Shown: positions 23,724-32,000 of the stretch, one piece after another
Layout of the letters: each line of letters begins with the position of its first letter
Numbering within the stretch: position 1 is the first letter of the stretch
NCBI RefSeq assembly: GCF_000478195.2
Contig: NZ_AUZM01000026.1
Location: 1-32,000, forward strand
Direction of reading: 5' to 3'
Origin: Lyngbya aestuarii BL J
GTDB lineage: Bacteria > Cyanobacteriota > Cyanobacteriia > Cyanobacteriales > Microcoleaceae
Length of the DNA stretch: 32,000 bases
Notes under the pieces: model-generated
What the model saw: the letters and a program-made list of their open reading frames with translations, nothing else
Told to the model about the DNA's origin: nothing
Database searches by the model: none
Translations under genes and position numbers: made by a program

Positions 23724-26700
23724 TCACTCTTTTACTTTAATTTCTTCTCGCAAAGCGGTTTCAACCCGTTGCCATTCTTTCTCCAATTCAGAGAATCGTT
23801 GAGCGGCAGCATCCGTAACAAAACATTCAATTTCGGTGGAATCACTTTCCATTCCCGCCCGTCCCATATATTCGATTTCTTTACACAATTGAGAAAATTG
23901 CATCGCACCCAATTGAGCGCTACTGGATTTGAGAGTATGAGCAGATTCTTTCAGAAGTTTTGCATCTTGAGACTGAACAGCTACCCGAATTCCGTCTATA
24001 TGTTGAGGGGCTTCATTGAGATAAGTTTCAATTAAAATATCTACAAACGGATCATCTTCATCATCGTATTCTCTTAGATTTTGTAAAATTTGAGCATCAA
24101 TAGAAGGGACATCAGACAGGGAATTTTCGTTATGTGTATTAGTCATTTCCGGTGATGAATAGCCGTTATTAGAGGAGTGTTTTTCGAGGGAAAGATGTTC
24201 AGAGGAAAGTGGATACAAAGGTTGACATTTTTCTAAGGCTTGAGCGAGTTCTTCTCGACGAACAGGTTTAGTGACATAATCATCCATTCCTGCCGCCAAA
24301 CACATTTCGCGATCGCCTCGCATAGCATTCGCTGTCATGGCAATAATCCAAGGTTTTTTCTGGGGTCCATCAGAACCCTCTCCATATTCTTTACAAATAC
24401 GACGGGAGGCTTCTAAGCCATCCATTTGCGGCATTTGAACATCCATCAAAATCACATCATAGGGTTGTCGTTTGAGTGCATCTAATACTTCCACCCCATT
24501 TCCAGCAATATCCGCTCGATATCCTAATCTTTGTAATAATTTTGTGGCTACTTTTTGATTCGTGACATTATCTTCAGCCAATAAAATGCGTAAAGCAGCA
24601 TGATTTTGAGGAGGACTCAGAGAGCCAGACTCATCAGCAAGTTTCAGCGAGGAGGAATGTTCTATGATTTCATTTCCCGCAAAAATTTGAACCAATGTAT
24701 TATAAAACTGAGATTGTTTTAGAGGTTTATTGACAAATCCAGCACAGTTAATATTGGTGCGCTCGATACGTTTAACAATATTAGTATTACTTGCATAGTT
24801 AAAGAGAACTAAATGAACGGGTTGCCTATCCGGATAGTTTCGGCTTAAATCTTTTTCAAGTAAACGGATTTTACGGGCGAGTTCTATCTCATCAATATCG
24901 GGTAAGTTAATTCCAATAATCACTAAATCTATATTCGGATTCTCCTGAATACATTTTAGAGCATCAATTCCCGTTTTGGCTACTAGAGGTTTCATTCCCC
25001 AGGCTTTGACTTGTCGAGTGATAACGGTTTGATTGATTCCATGATTTTCGACAATTAAAATTTGCTTATCTGTAAATAACTTATCCGCAAATTCATCAGA
25101 GAGCGAGGTTTCGATAGCGGATGAATTAATCGTAAAGTAGAAGATAGATCCGGTAATATCTAAACGGGGAATTTCAAAAGAGGTCGGCGGATCTCCTGTG
25201 ATACTTGAAATTAAAGATTGAGAATTTGAGGATTCTTGATCCGGTTTTACCCAACTCACAACCCACATTTTTCCGCCCATCATTTCACTCAAACGCTGGC
25301 TAATCGCTAATCCTAAACCTGTTCCTCCATACTGTCGAGTGGTAGACGCATCCACTTGAGAAAAAGCTTTAAATAAACGGTGCATTCGATCAGGAGGAAT
25401 CCCAATTCCTGTATCTTTAACGGCAAATTGTACTTCATAAATAGGAGGGGAGATTGAGGGCTGACTTTCATTGTTTTCTTCAGAAGATGCTACAGGTTTT
25501 GCGTTCTCTTGAATTAAGCTAGAAGTCACAGAGACAATCACTTCACCTTGATTGGTAAATTTCACCGCATTACTGAGTAAATTCACTAAAACTTGACGTA
25601 AGCGAGTCACATCTCCAACCATAACTTCCGGTGTGTTGGGATCGACAATGTAAGCTAATTCTAAGCCTTTTTCAGACGCTCTAGCCGAGAGTAAATCTAA
25701 GGATTCTTCAATACAAGTTCGGAGTTTAAACGGTTGATGTTCGAGTTCTAATTTACCCGATTCAATTTTAGAAAAATCAAGAATATCATTAATAATGGTG
25801 AGTAAAGCATCTCCACTGGTACGAATGGTTTCTACAAAATCTCGTTGTTCAGGATTTAAGTTCATATCCAAAAGTAAACCTGTCATCCCAATAACTGCAT
25901 TCATGGGTGTACGAATCTCGTGACTCATGGTGGCGAGGAATTCACTTTTAGCACGACTAGCGATTTCTGCTGCGAGTCTAGCTTCTTCTAAGGCTTTATT
26001 TTTATCGGCTAATTGCTGACGACTTTTGACTTCAAATTCTAAAAGTTTGGCTTGGAAAAGAGTTAAACCGACTTGACTCGCAACATCTTCTAAAAATTCA
26101 ACTTCTTCTTCTGTCCATTGTCGTAAATTATCACATTGATGTAACATAATAATTCCGTTAGGTTCGCTATTGTAAGAAGTCCGAATTGCCAACATTGATT
26201 TTAATCCCATACGCCGACACATTGGGGCGGATGATTCTAACAACGGATCAGCAAATACATCGGGTGAAACAACGGCTTTATCTTCAGAGAGTAGTCTTTC
26301 AATATAGGGGTTATAATTGACAGAAATTTCTAAATTCAAAGTGGATTCATAGCTGACTTCTAAATATTCAGCCACACAAGCTAAATGAGGATAAGGTTGA
26401 GAAATGTAGGTATAAATAGAACAGCGATTTACTCCAAAAACACGACCAATTTGAGTTGCAGTGGTTTGAAAAATTTCCTGAGTTTCTAGTTTAGAACGCA
26501 CCTTTTGGGTGATTTGTTTCATTAATAATAAGTATTGATTCTGTCGCTGTAAATCTTGTTGAGAATTTTCACGCGCGATTTCACTTCCAATGTAACTCGC
26601 CATCAATTTTAAAATTTCTAAGTCTATCGGCTGAAATGAAGAACGGGCTTTACGACTCATAAAACTGAGAGTACCATAAACTCGTCCTTCTACTTTTACT

Positions 26701-28919
26701 GGAGTTCCAATATAAGCTTCTAAGCGTCGAATGGTATAAGCTTCGTGTTCTTTCCAGGGTGAATTTTTAATCGATTCAATACAGACAACATCATCAGCGC
26801 GCAACGCTTCTCGTTCAAAGGTTTGTTCGAGAGAAAATGTATCACCTTTTGTAAATCCGAAGGGAAAATCTTGGGATAAATAAGCCGAAATTACTTCATA
26901 ACGATCAGCCCTGACTCGACCTAATAAACCAATATCCATTCTAAAACGATTGCATCCCATGACTAATAATTGATTAATTCGGGATTCAAAATTAGCATTA
27001 GAATTAATGGCAATTTCATAGAGTTGATGAATGACTTTTAGTTTTTCAGTAACGTCTTCAGTAATAGCGACTTGGGAAACATTGAAGTTAAGAGTTCCCG
27101 TAATTCCAACTCGCTGATATTCGGAATTTAAAATTGCACAACCTGAGAGGATAATGGGTTGATATGAGGATCTATTTTCTTCTAAAGAAGCAGAAGCATT
27201 TTTGAGTCTAACTTCCTGACAAATCGTTTCTATCTCTCCGTTTAAAATTGCTGAAAATAGAGAACTGAGTTGTATCCGATCCTCTGAATGAATATATTCA
27301 ATCAATGCTGTTCCTATACTTTCAGAAACCAAGTATCCTGTTTGTTGAGTCCAGATTGAATTTAAAAAGGTTAAGTTTCCTTCAGTATCAAGCTGAAATA
27401 GTATTGTTTTTAAATTTGTTTTTAAATTTGTTTTTAAAGTTTGCTGATAATTATTATTTTGAGAATGGGTAAAATTTTTCTTGCGAGAGGTAATATCGAT
27501 ATGAGTCCCAATCATCCGCAGAAGTTCTCCATTTTCCGCCCAAATAATCTGTCCTTGACAGAGTACCCAGATGTAGTGACCATCCTGACATCGCATCCGA
27601 TATTCTAGAATACAGGAATCTGTTTTTTTAGCAAAATGTTCTTTAAGTGTTGCATGAACAGCTTTTAAATCTTTGCTATGAATTCGACCAAACCATTCTT
27701 CAACTTTAGACGAAATTTCATAATTTTGATACCCCAACATCTGTTTCCAACGAGGAGAATAGAAAACCCATTGTGTTTTTAAATTCCAATCCCAGAATCC
27801 ATTTTGATCAATCGATAAAGTTGATAGTGACTGTTCTTCTGTCGATTTTTGTTGAGTTTTAACTTGATGAGATAAAGTTTTAATTTTTGTTTTCATCTGA
27901 TCAACTTGTCCTTGCAAACTCAAAATAGTCGAGTGCATTAATTTCGGACAAAGCATCTGTAGCAGAATGTTTCGCGGCGAGATTAAATTAATCGGATAAC
28001 CACTTTCATCGATAATAATTAAAGGAAGTTGATTATAATATTTTTGCATTAAATGAACAGCCGATTCTACCGAAGCTTCTAATCGAACTAATAAAGGAGG
28101 CTTATTACAAATCATACTCGCCTTGATTTGACTCAAATCCAGTCCGATCGCTTGCACTTGAACAATATCATGACTGGTGACAATTCCTTTTAATTTACTG
28201 GTATTTTTCCGGGAAAATTGAGATTCTCCTGTAAAATCAGAAGTCGTTTCTCGATTAGAAGATACAGTTTCTATAATGACAACACAGTTTACTTTATATT
28301 GAAACATCAACTGGGTTATATCACTTCCCGAAGCTTGATGAGGCGCATGAACAATACGAGTAGCATGAGCAGAAATTTGATTGATTTTAATTAAATGATC
28401 GGGAATTAAAGTCGGAGAATTAATCGAATACTGAGAGTTTGAATCGGTTGAAGAATGAGAAAAATGTGATGAATGATCAGAATGATTTGTTTTTGGGGAA
28501 GATCCTGTTGTTTTAGATTGAGCGAGTCTCAAAAGATGAAGCGGTGTAATCACACCAAACAATCCCCCCAAATCATCCAAAATGGGAAGATGATTGATTT
28601 GATGTTTATTTAAAAGAGAAGCTAAAGCAAAAACATCTGGAATTTCACAGAGGTGAACCGCAATCACAGAGCGAATCATAATCTGTGAAATCGGAAATCC
28701 CTTCAAAGAATCACCAATAGAGTTGAGTTGAATGATATCATGCTCAGTAAAGATTCCCAAAAGAGATGGATTACACCCCACAACTTCCGATTCCTCTATG
28801 ATCAGCACATAGCTTGCACCTGTACGACTCATTAACTGAATCACTTCTTCAACAGGTGTTTCTGGCTTTGTAGTCACCGGATGACGATCAATAGCTTGAG
28901 AGATAGAAGGAATTAACAT
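23724..28919 (-). CDS. Hybrid sensor histidine kinase: CBS x4, PAS x2, GAF x2, HisKA, HATPase, pseudo-receiver, receiver, Hpt.
   Basis: 1731 aa with no TM helix. The H-box is [11 protein letters not shown] (His1000, 25920-25922). ATPase motifs are [16 protein letters not shown] and [10 protein letters not shown]. The first REC-like domain has Gly at the phospho-acceptor position ([10 protein letters not shown], codon 24912-24914). The second REC is canonical ([14 protein letters not shown], Asp1493 at 24441-24443). The Hpt motif is SAHTLKSSS (His1661, 23937-23939). Domain calls other than these motifs are by eye. Confidence 0.9.
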   Translation of the reverse strand: MLIPSISQAIDRHPVTTKPETPVEEVIQLMSRTGASYVLIIEESEVVGCNPSLLGIFTEHDIIQLNSIGDSLKGFPISQIMIRSVIAVHLCEIPDVFALASLLNKHQINHLPILDDLGGLFGVITPLHLLRLAQSKTTGSSPKTNHSDHSSHFSHSSTDSNSQYSINSPTLIPDHLIKINQISAHATRIVHAPHQASGSDITQLMFQYKVNCVVIIETVSSNRETTSDFTGESQFSRKNTSKLKGIVTSHDIVQVQAIGLDLSQIKASMICNKPPLLVRLEASVESAVHLMQKYYNQLPLIIIDESGYPINLISPRNILLQMLCPKLMHSTILSLQGQVDQMKTKIKTLSHQVKTQQKSTEEQSLSTLSIDQNGFWDWNLKTQWVFYSPRWKQMLGYQNYEISSKVEEWFGRIHSKDLKAVHATLKEHFAKKTDSCILEYRMRCQDGHYIWVLCQGQIIWAENGELLRMIGTHIDITSRKKNFTHSQNNNYQQTLKTNLKTNLKTILFQLDTEGNLTFLNSIWTQQTGYLVSESIGTALIEYIHSEDRIQLSSLFSAILNGEIETICQEVRLKNASASLEENRSSYQPIILSGCAILNSEYQRVGITGTLNFNVSQVAITEDVTEKLKVIHQLYEIAINSNANFESRINQLLVMGCNRFRMDIGLLGRVRADRYEVISAYLSQDFPFGFTKGDTFSLEQTFEREALRADDVVCIESIKNSPWKEHEAYTIRRLEAYIGTPVKVEGRVYGTLSFMSRKARSSFQPIDLEILKLMASYIGSEIARENSQQDLQRQNQYLLLMKQITQKVRSKLETQEIFQTTATQIGRVFGVNRCSIYTYISQPYPHLACVAEYLEVSYESTLNLEISVNYNPYIERLLSEDKAVVSPDVFADPLLESSAPMCRRMGLKSMLAIRTSYNSEPNGIIMLHQCDNLRQWTEEEVEFLEDVASQVGLTLFQAKLLEFEVKSRQQLADKNKALEEARLAAEIASRAKSEFLATMSHEIRTPMNAVIGMTGLLLDMNLNPEQRDFVETIRTSGDALLTIINDILDFSKIESGKLELEHQPFKLRTCIEESLDLLSARASEKGLELAYIVDPNTPEVMVGDVTRLRQVLVNLLSNAVKFTNQGEVIVSVTSSLIQENAKPVASSEENNESQPSISPPIYEVQFAVKDTGIGIPPDRMHRLFKAFSQVDASTTRQYGGTGLGLAISQRLSEMMGGKMWVVSWVKPDQESSNSQSLISSITGDPPTSFEIPRLDITGSIFYFTINSSAIETSLSDEFADKLFTDKQILIVENHGINQTVITRQVKAWGMKPLVAKTGIDALKCIQENPNIDLVIIGINLPDIDEIELARKIRLLEKDLSRNYPDRQPVHLVLFNYASNTNIVKRIERTNINCAGFVNKPLKQSQFYNTLVQIFAGNEIIEHSSSLKLADESGSLSPPQNHAALRILLAEDNVTNQKVATKLLQRLGYRADIAGNGVEVLDALKRQPYDVILMDVQMPQMDGLEASRRICKEYGEGSDGPQKKPWIIAMTANAMRGDREMCLAAGMDDYVTKPVRREELAQALEKCQPLYPLSSEHLSLEKHSSNNGYSSPEMTNTHNENSLSDVPSIDAQILQNLREYDDEDDPFVDILIETYLNEAPQHIDGIRVAVQSQDAKLLKESAHTLKSSSAQLGAMQFSQLCKEIEYMGRAGMESDSTEIECFVTDAAAQRFSELEKEWQRVETALREEIKVKE

Positions 28920-29276
28920 AGGAAAGCAGTGAGAGGTACTCGATGGTGAATCTTAAAATTGGGAGAGTAAAAACGCATGGAATTTAAAGATGCACCAGAT
29001 ATTGGTGACGTCGCGATTGGGTAGGACTCTGATTTTCAAAACAAACGTGCTGTAGATCAACTTCATAGACTCAGTTGACTCAGTGAGCATGACAGCCAAG
29101 CCCATATCCGATTGAGAGTCACCCTCTACTACCATTTTGACCTTTTACTTGCAAATCTCTCAGATTTATCCGGAACCCATAACGTGTAACATAGTAACTG
29201 ACAACTGACAACAGAGAGTGGGTTACTGCTCCCCGACTGCTGTTGTGTCCGATCTCAAGGAACTGCTACATTTTTG

Positions 29277-29798
29277 ATGAATATATTAGATTCTAAAGGT
29301 CGCCTGTTTGGAAAAGTCAGCATTTTGGATGTTGGCGCTGCTTTCGTGATTTTGTTGGTGATTGTGGGAATATTTTTCTATCCCGGAACCTCTGGTTCTG
29401 TTGCTCAAGTCGGCGTCACCACTAAACCTGTAGAAGTGGATGTGATTGCTTTGGGCTTAAAGGGACGTGACCCCAGTGTAATGATCAAAGCAGACGACAA
29501 GACAAATTTGATTATCCGTAACCAACCCTACGGAGAAGTCAATATTAAAGCCGCCGAGATTTTACCCCGACTCATTCCCGTGGCTCAACCCGATGGTACC
29601 GTTAAAGCCCAACCTGATCCCACGGCTGAGTATACTTACAGCAACAATGTTTTAATGACCCTGGTTGGAAACGGTCAAATTACCGATACCGGGCCTGTTT
29701 TGGGTAATATTAAGATTAAAATCGGCAGCACCGTAGAACTCGAAGGCAAAGACTACAACTTCAACGCCACCGTGATTGATGTACGAGTGCAAAGTTAA
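29277..29798 (+). CDS. DUF4330-like membrane-anchored protein.
   Basis: From ATG 29277: MNILDSKGRLFGKVSILDVGAAFVILLVIVGIFFYPG. This is the N-terminus I associate with cyanobacterial DUF4330 proteins. The track start at 29274 is TTG. Confidence 0.75.
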   Translation: MNILDSKGRLFGKVSILDVGAAFVILLVIVGIFFYPGTSGSVAQVGVTTKPVEVDVIALGLKGRDPSVMIKADDKTNLIIRNQPYGEVNIKAAEILPRLIPVAQPDGTVKAQPDPTAEYTYSNNVLMTLVGNGQITDTGPVLGNIKIKIGSTVELEGKDYNFNATVIDVRVQS

Positions 29799-29835
29799 AA
29801 TCTAGAGCCAGGGTGAGATCAACGGGTTTGCGAGT

Positions 29836-29877
29836 CCGTTTCCAAGGGATTTTGGGGAAAACCGGGAAACGGATTTT
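29836..29877 (+). terminator. Possible terminator between convergent genes.
   Basis: ccgtttcc (29836-29843) pairs with ggaaacgg (29865-29872), followed by atttt. The loop is long at 21 nt. Confidence 0.3.
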
Positions 29878-30013
29878 CGGTCTGCTTTCTTTCCCAGCGG
29901 AATTTAATGATGAAAATCCCCAACTTCTTCGAGAAATCAGGGATGTGATGTTTACAATCATTTTAGATTGAGCGTTGGTCAGCATTACCAACTAGAGGAC
30001 GACGGGATCGGAA

Positions 30014-31558
30014 CTACTGAACCACTTGGTCACGCTGGTACGACCAACTCGCAAATAAACCAAATGCACTTGCAGCCCACACCATCCACAACAGGTGCAA
30101 GAAAAGCTGGTTATCGTAGTCAAACTCAGCAATCCAAGAAACTAACTGTTGATAGTGGTAGAAGGGTGATACTGCAATCAGATCTTGAACGTAGGAAGGA
30201 GCATTCGGTATTGGCATCGAACCACTGGCAAATATCGCCACAACCAGCATCAGTGTTAACCATGTACTTGCACTTTTGGGTTCAAGCCAGTATCCCAGTC
30301 CCAGAAAGAGCAATCCAAAAGGAATCAAACCGATAATAATAGTGAAGAACAATTTTGACCACCACTCAAAGCTTTGGTGAATTTCAAGTTGCCAGATTCC
30401 AACTGAGAATAACAGCACTAAAATCACCGATGCTAAAGTCAATAAAGTTGCAATTTTAGTGGCAATATAGACCGAGGAAGGCAGGGGGGTTGCTTTCAAT
30501 AACTTTAACCATCCTTCTGCACGTTCCACTGCAACTCGATTACCGAGAAGTTCGATAATGATGGTGAATAGAAAAACGGCGCACAGAGAAACCAATGGCT
30601 TTACAGCGTTTTCTGATACCAGTCCAGCATATTTAAAGAGTGGTAATAACAACACTCCTGAAGCAGATGCGAGTAAGAATGAAGGAGTACGAACAAGCTG
30701 AAGGGTTTCAAACCAGAATTGCTTTAACAAAATCAAGGCAATATTTTGCTGCGGCTGTTCAAGTTCGGACTCATCTTCCAAACCATAAAGTAGTTCGGGC
30801 TTGAGGAAATAGGGAAAACCAACAGTAGCCCATTCCAAATATAATCTTGGTTTTTCTTGAATAAAACTAGCCAGAGGATTGTAATAATGACTCTGCAACT
30901 GCTCTCCCTCGATTACTTCAGAAAGTTTTTGCAAAATCACCATGCGAGTTACTAGACCTTCTAATTTTTTCCAGTCGGCTTTATTGTTTGTCACCATCAA
31001 AATGGTGATCCCTTGCTGACGACAAATTTTGATTTGTTCCCAAAATTCCTCATAGCCTTGATCATCTAAATTACGAGTGGGTTCGTCTAAGATTAAAAGA
31101 CTAGGATTTCCCGCCAAAGCCAAAGCAAAATAAAGCCGTTGTCTCTGTCCGCCTGACAAGTCAGTTGCACAAGTATCCTGCTTGTAGGTGAGGTTAACTT
31201 TGCTTAAAATTTCCGAAGTTGTGAGACGATTTGGATAGTAACTGCGTACCAGTTCAATCAATTCTTTGACTTTAATATTTTTCGGAACTTGCGTATCTTG
31301 CAAAACCACACCCACCCGAACTTTTGACTCGGAAATGTGGGGAGGAAGTTCCATCAAGTTCACTTCCCCCTGACTGGGTTTGATTAATCCGAGAATCAAA
31401 TTCAAAACTGTTGTTTTACCCGCACCGTTTTCTCCGCGTAAAACCACAAATTCACCGGATTTTACTGTGAAGTTAAGGTCTTTTAAAATAGGCACGGGTT
31501 TGAACAGCAATCCTTTGTGAAAAGTTTTCGAGACTTGCTTGAGTTCAATGACGTTCAT
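30014..31558 (-). CDS. Fused ABC transporter: N-terminal ATPase and C-terminal ABC-2-like permease.
   Basis: ATG at 31556-31558 (MNVIELKQVSK) is preceded by gggag. Walker A is GENGAGKTT, the signature is LSGGQRQR and Walker B is LLILDEPT. About six hydrophobic helices occupy the C-terminal half. The track start at 31573 is TTG. Confidence 0.9.
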   Translation of the reverse strand: MNVIELKQVSKTFHKGLLFKPVPILKDLNFTVKSGEFVVLRGENGAGKTTVLNLILGLIKPSQGEVNLMELPPHISESKVRVGVVLQDTQVPKNIKVKELIELVRSYYPNRLTTSEILSKVNLTYKQDTCATDLSGGQRQRLYFALALAGNPSLLILDEPTRNLDDQGYEEFWEQIKICRQQGITILMVTNNKADWKKLEGLVTRMVILQKLSEVIEGEQLQSHYYNPLASFIQEKPRLYLEWATVGFPYFLKPELLYGLEDESELEQPQQNIALILLKQFWFETLQLVRTPSFLLASASGVLLLPLFKYAGLVSENAVKPLVSLCAVFLFTIIIELLGNRVAVERAEGWLKLLKATPLPSSVYIATKIATLLTLASVILVLLFSVGIWQLEIHQSFEWWSKLFFTIIIGLIPFGLLFLGLGYWLEPKSASTWLTLMLVVAIFASGSMPIPNAPSYVQDLIAVSPFYHYQQLVSWIAEFDYDNQLFLHLLWMVWAASAFGLFASWSYQRDQVVQ

Positions 31559-31587
31559 TTTTTTGACTCCCAAAAATTAAGAAAGAC

Positions 31588-31887
31588 TTAGGAAAGAGAC
31601 ATTTGAATCAGAAACCAAATACCCGCAGAAGCCGCAACAGCCGGAATAATGGAAATTCCCATTGTTGTTAGAGCAAGTAGTGTAGCGGCACCTCCAACAT
31701 AAGCCCATAAACTTGTAGCCATAGTATGTCCTACTGTTGCTGTCGTACCACCGTCTCGTATGCAGGTGCTAAACATACAGAAATCACTTCCTTTTGTCAT
31801 TAAAAAGAATGTGAAAAACATCGCCAATGCAATTCCACCTAAAACTAACCATTTACTCAGGGGTAACGACCCCAACCAGTTGTGCAT
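31588..31887 (-). CDS. Small multi-pass membrane protein upstream of the ABC gene; the frame stays open to the window edge.
   Basis: 99 aa from ATG 31887, with about 3 hydrophobic helices. The frame has no stop from 31888 to 32000 (my translation: NASEIVSQPSNSLQSVSPEEQNPTVLERTRLQATTVA-M...). The true start may therefore lie outside the window. It ends 29 nt before the ABC start. Confidence 0.55.
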   Translation of the reverse strand: MHNWLGSLPLSKWLVLGGIALAMFFTFFLMTKGSDFCMFSTCIRDGGTTATVGHTMATSLWAYVGGAATLLALTTMGISIIPAVAASAGIWFLIQMSLS

Positions 31888-32000
31888 TGCAACAGTTGTG
31901 GCTTGAAGCCGAGTTCTTTCTAAGACGGTAGGATTTTGTTCTTCTGGGGAAACAGATTGCAGTGAATTAGAAGGCTGGGAAACGATTTCAGAAGCGTTTT

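Larger units (their letters stand above)
2042..24316. repeat. Dispersed HIP1 octamers (GCGATCGC), nine copies.
   Basis: Found by reading at 2042, 6552, 9401, 9662, 10795, 19705, 22066, 23024 and 24309 (start positions). Fewer than one copy is expected by chance in 32 kb. HIP1 over-representation is an established cyanobacterial genome signature. I may have missed copies. Confidence 0.85.

Overview
This is a cyanobacterial chromosomal segment. It carries the allophycocyanin operon apcA-apcB-apcC and nine copies of the HIP1 octamer GCGATCGC, and it looks AT-rich by eye. ApcA and ApcB resemble what I remember from filamentous Oscillatoriales; that is recall, not a search. I support about 27 protein genes. 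Left to right: a CRISPR-like repeat pair cut by the window edge (1-90); two Q/E-rich coiled-coil proteins (109-2314); apcABC (2729-4246); a 755-aa acidic, mostly disordered protein (4389-6656); a divergent Hsp20 (7009-7425); two small signal-peptide ORFs, the first ending in HRGSGR and so PatX/PatS-like (7719-7883, 8015-8242); tldD (8396-9793, minus); a histidine kinase with a degenerate ATP-binding domain (10106-11836); a type II restriction-modification pair, C5 methyltransferase plus putative PD-(D/E)XK nuclease (11929-14047, minus), divergent from a membrane NERD-domain protein (14153-14815); a sigma-70 family factor, probably group 2 (15274-16269); housekeeping or unknown genes (two GNATs, DUF3574-like, NmrA-like, TM2); an untracked 49-aa gene with its own RBS and terminator (20075-20224, minus); a two-gene operon of a tail-anchored LRAT/NlpC-P60-like protein and a P-loop GTPase with a DUF697-like glycine-zipper domain (20557-22311, minus); a ferredoxin-MBL fusion; a 1731-aa CBS-PAS-GAF hybrid kinase with a pseudo-receiver, a receiver and Hpt (23724-28919, minus); a DUF4330-like protein; and a fused ABC ATPase-permease preceded by a small membrane ORF that stays open to the window edge. 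I found no rRNA, tRNA or transposase. Best second-look candidates are the RGSGR peptide locus, the LRAT-GTPase operon, the R-M plus NERD cluster and the edge repeat. All family calls come from motif recognition by eye; no search was run.
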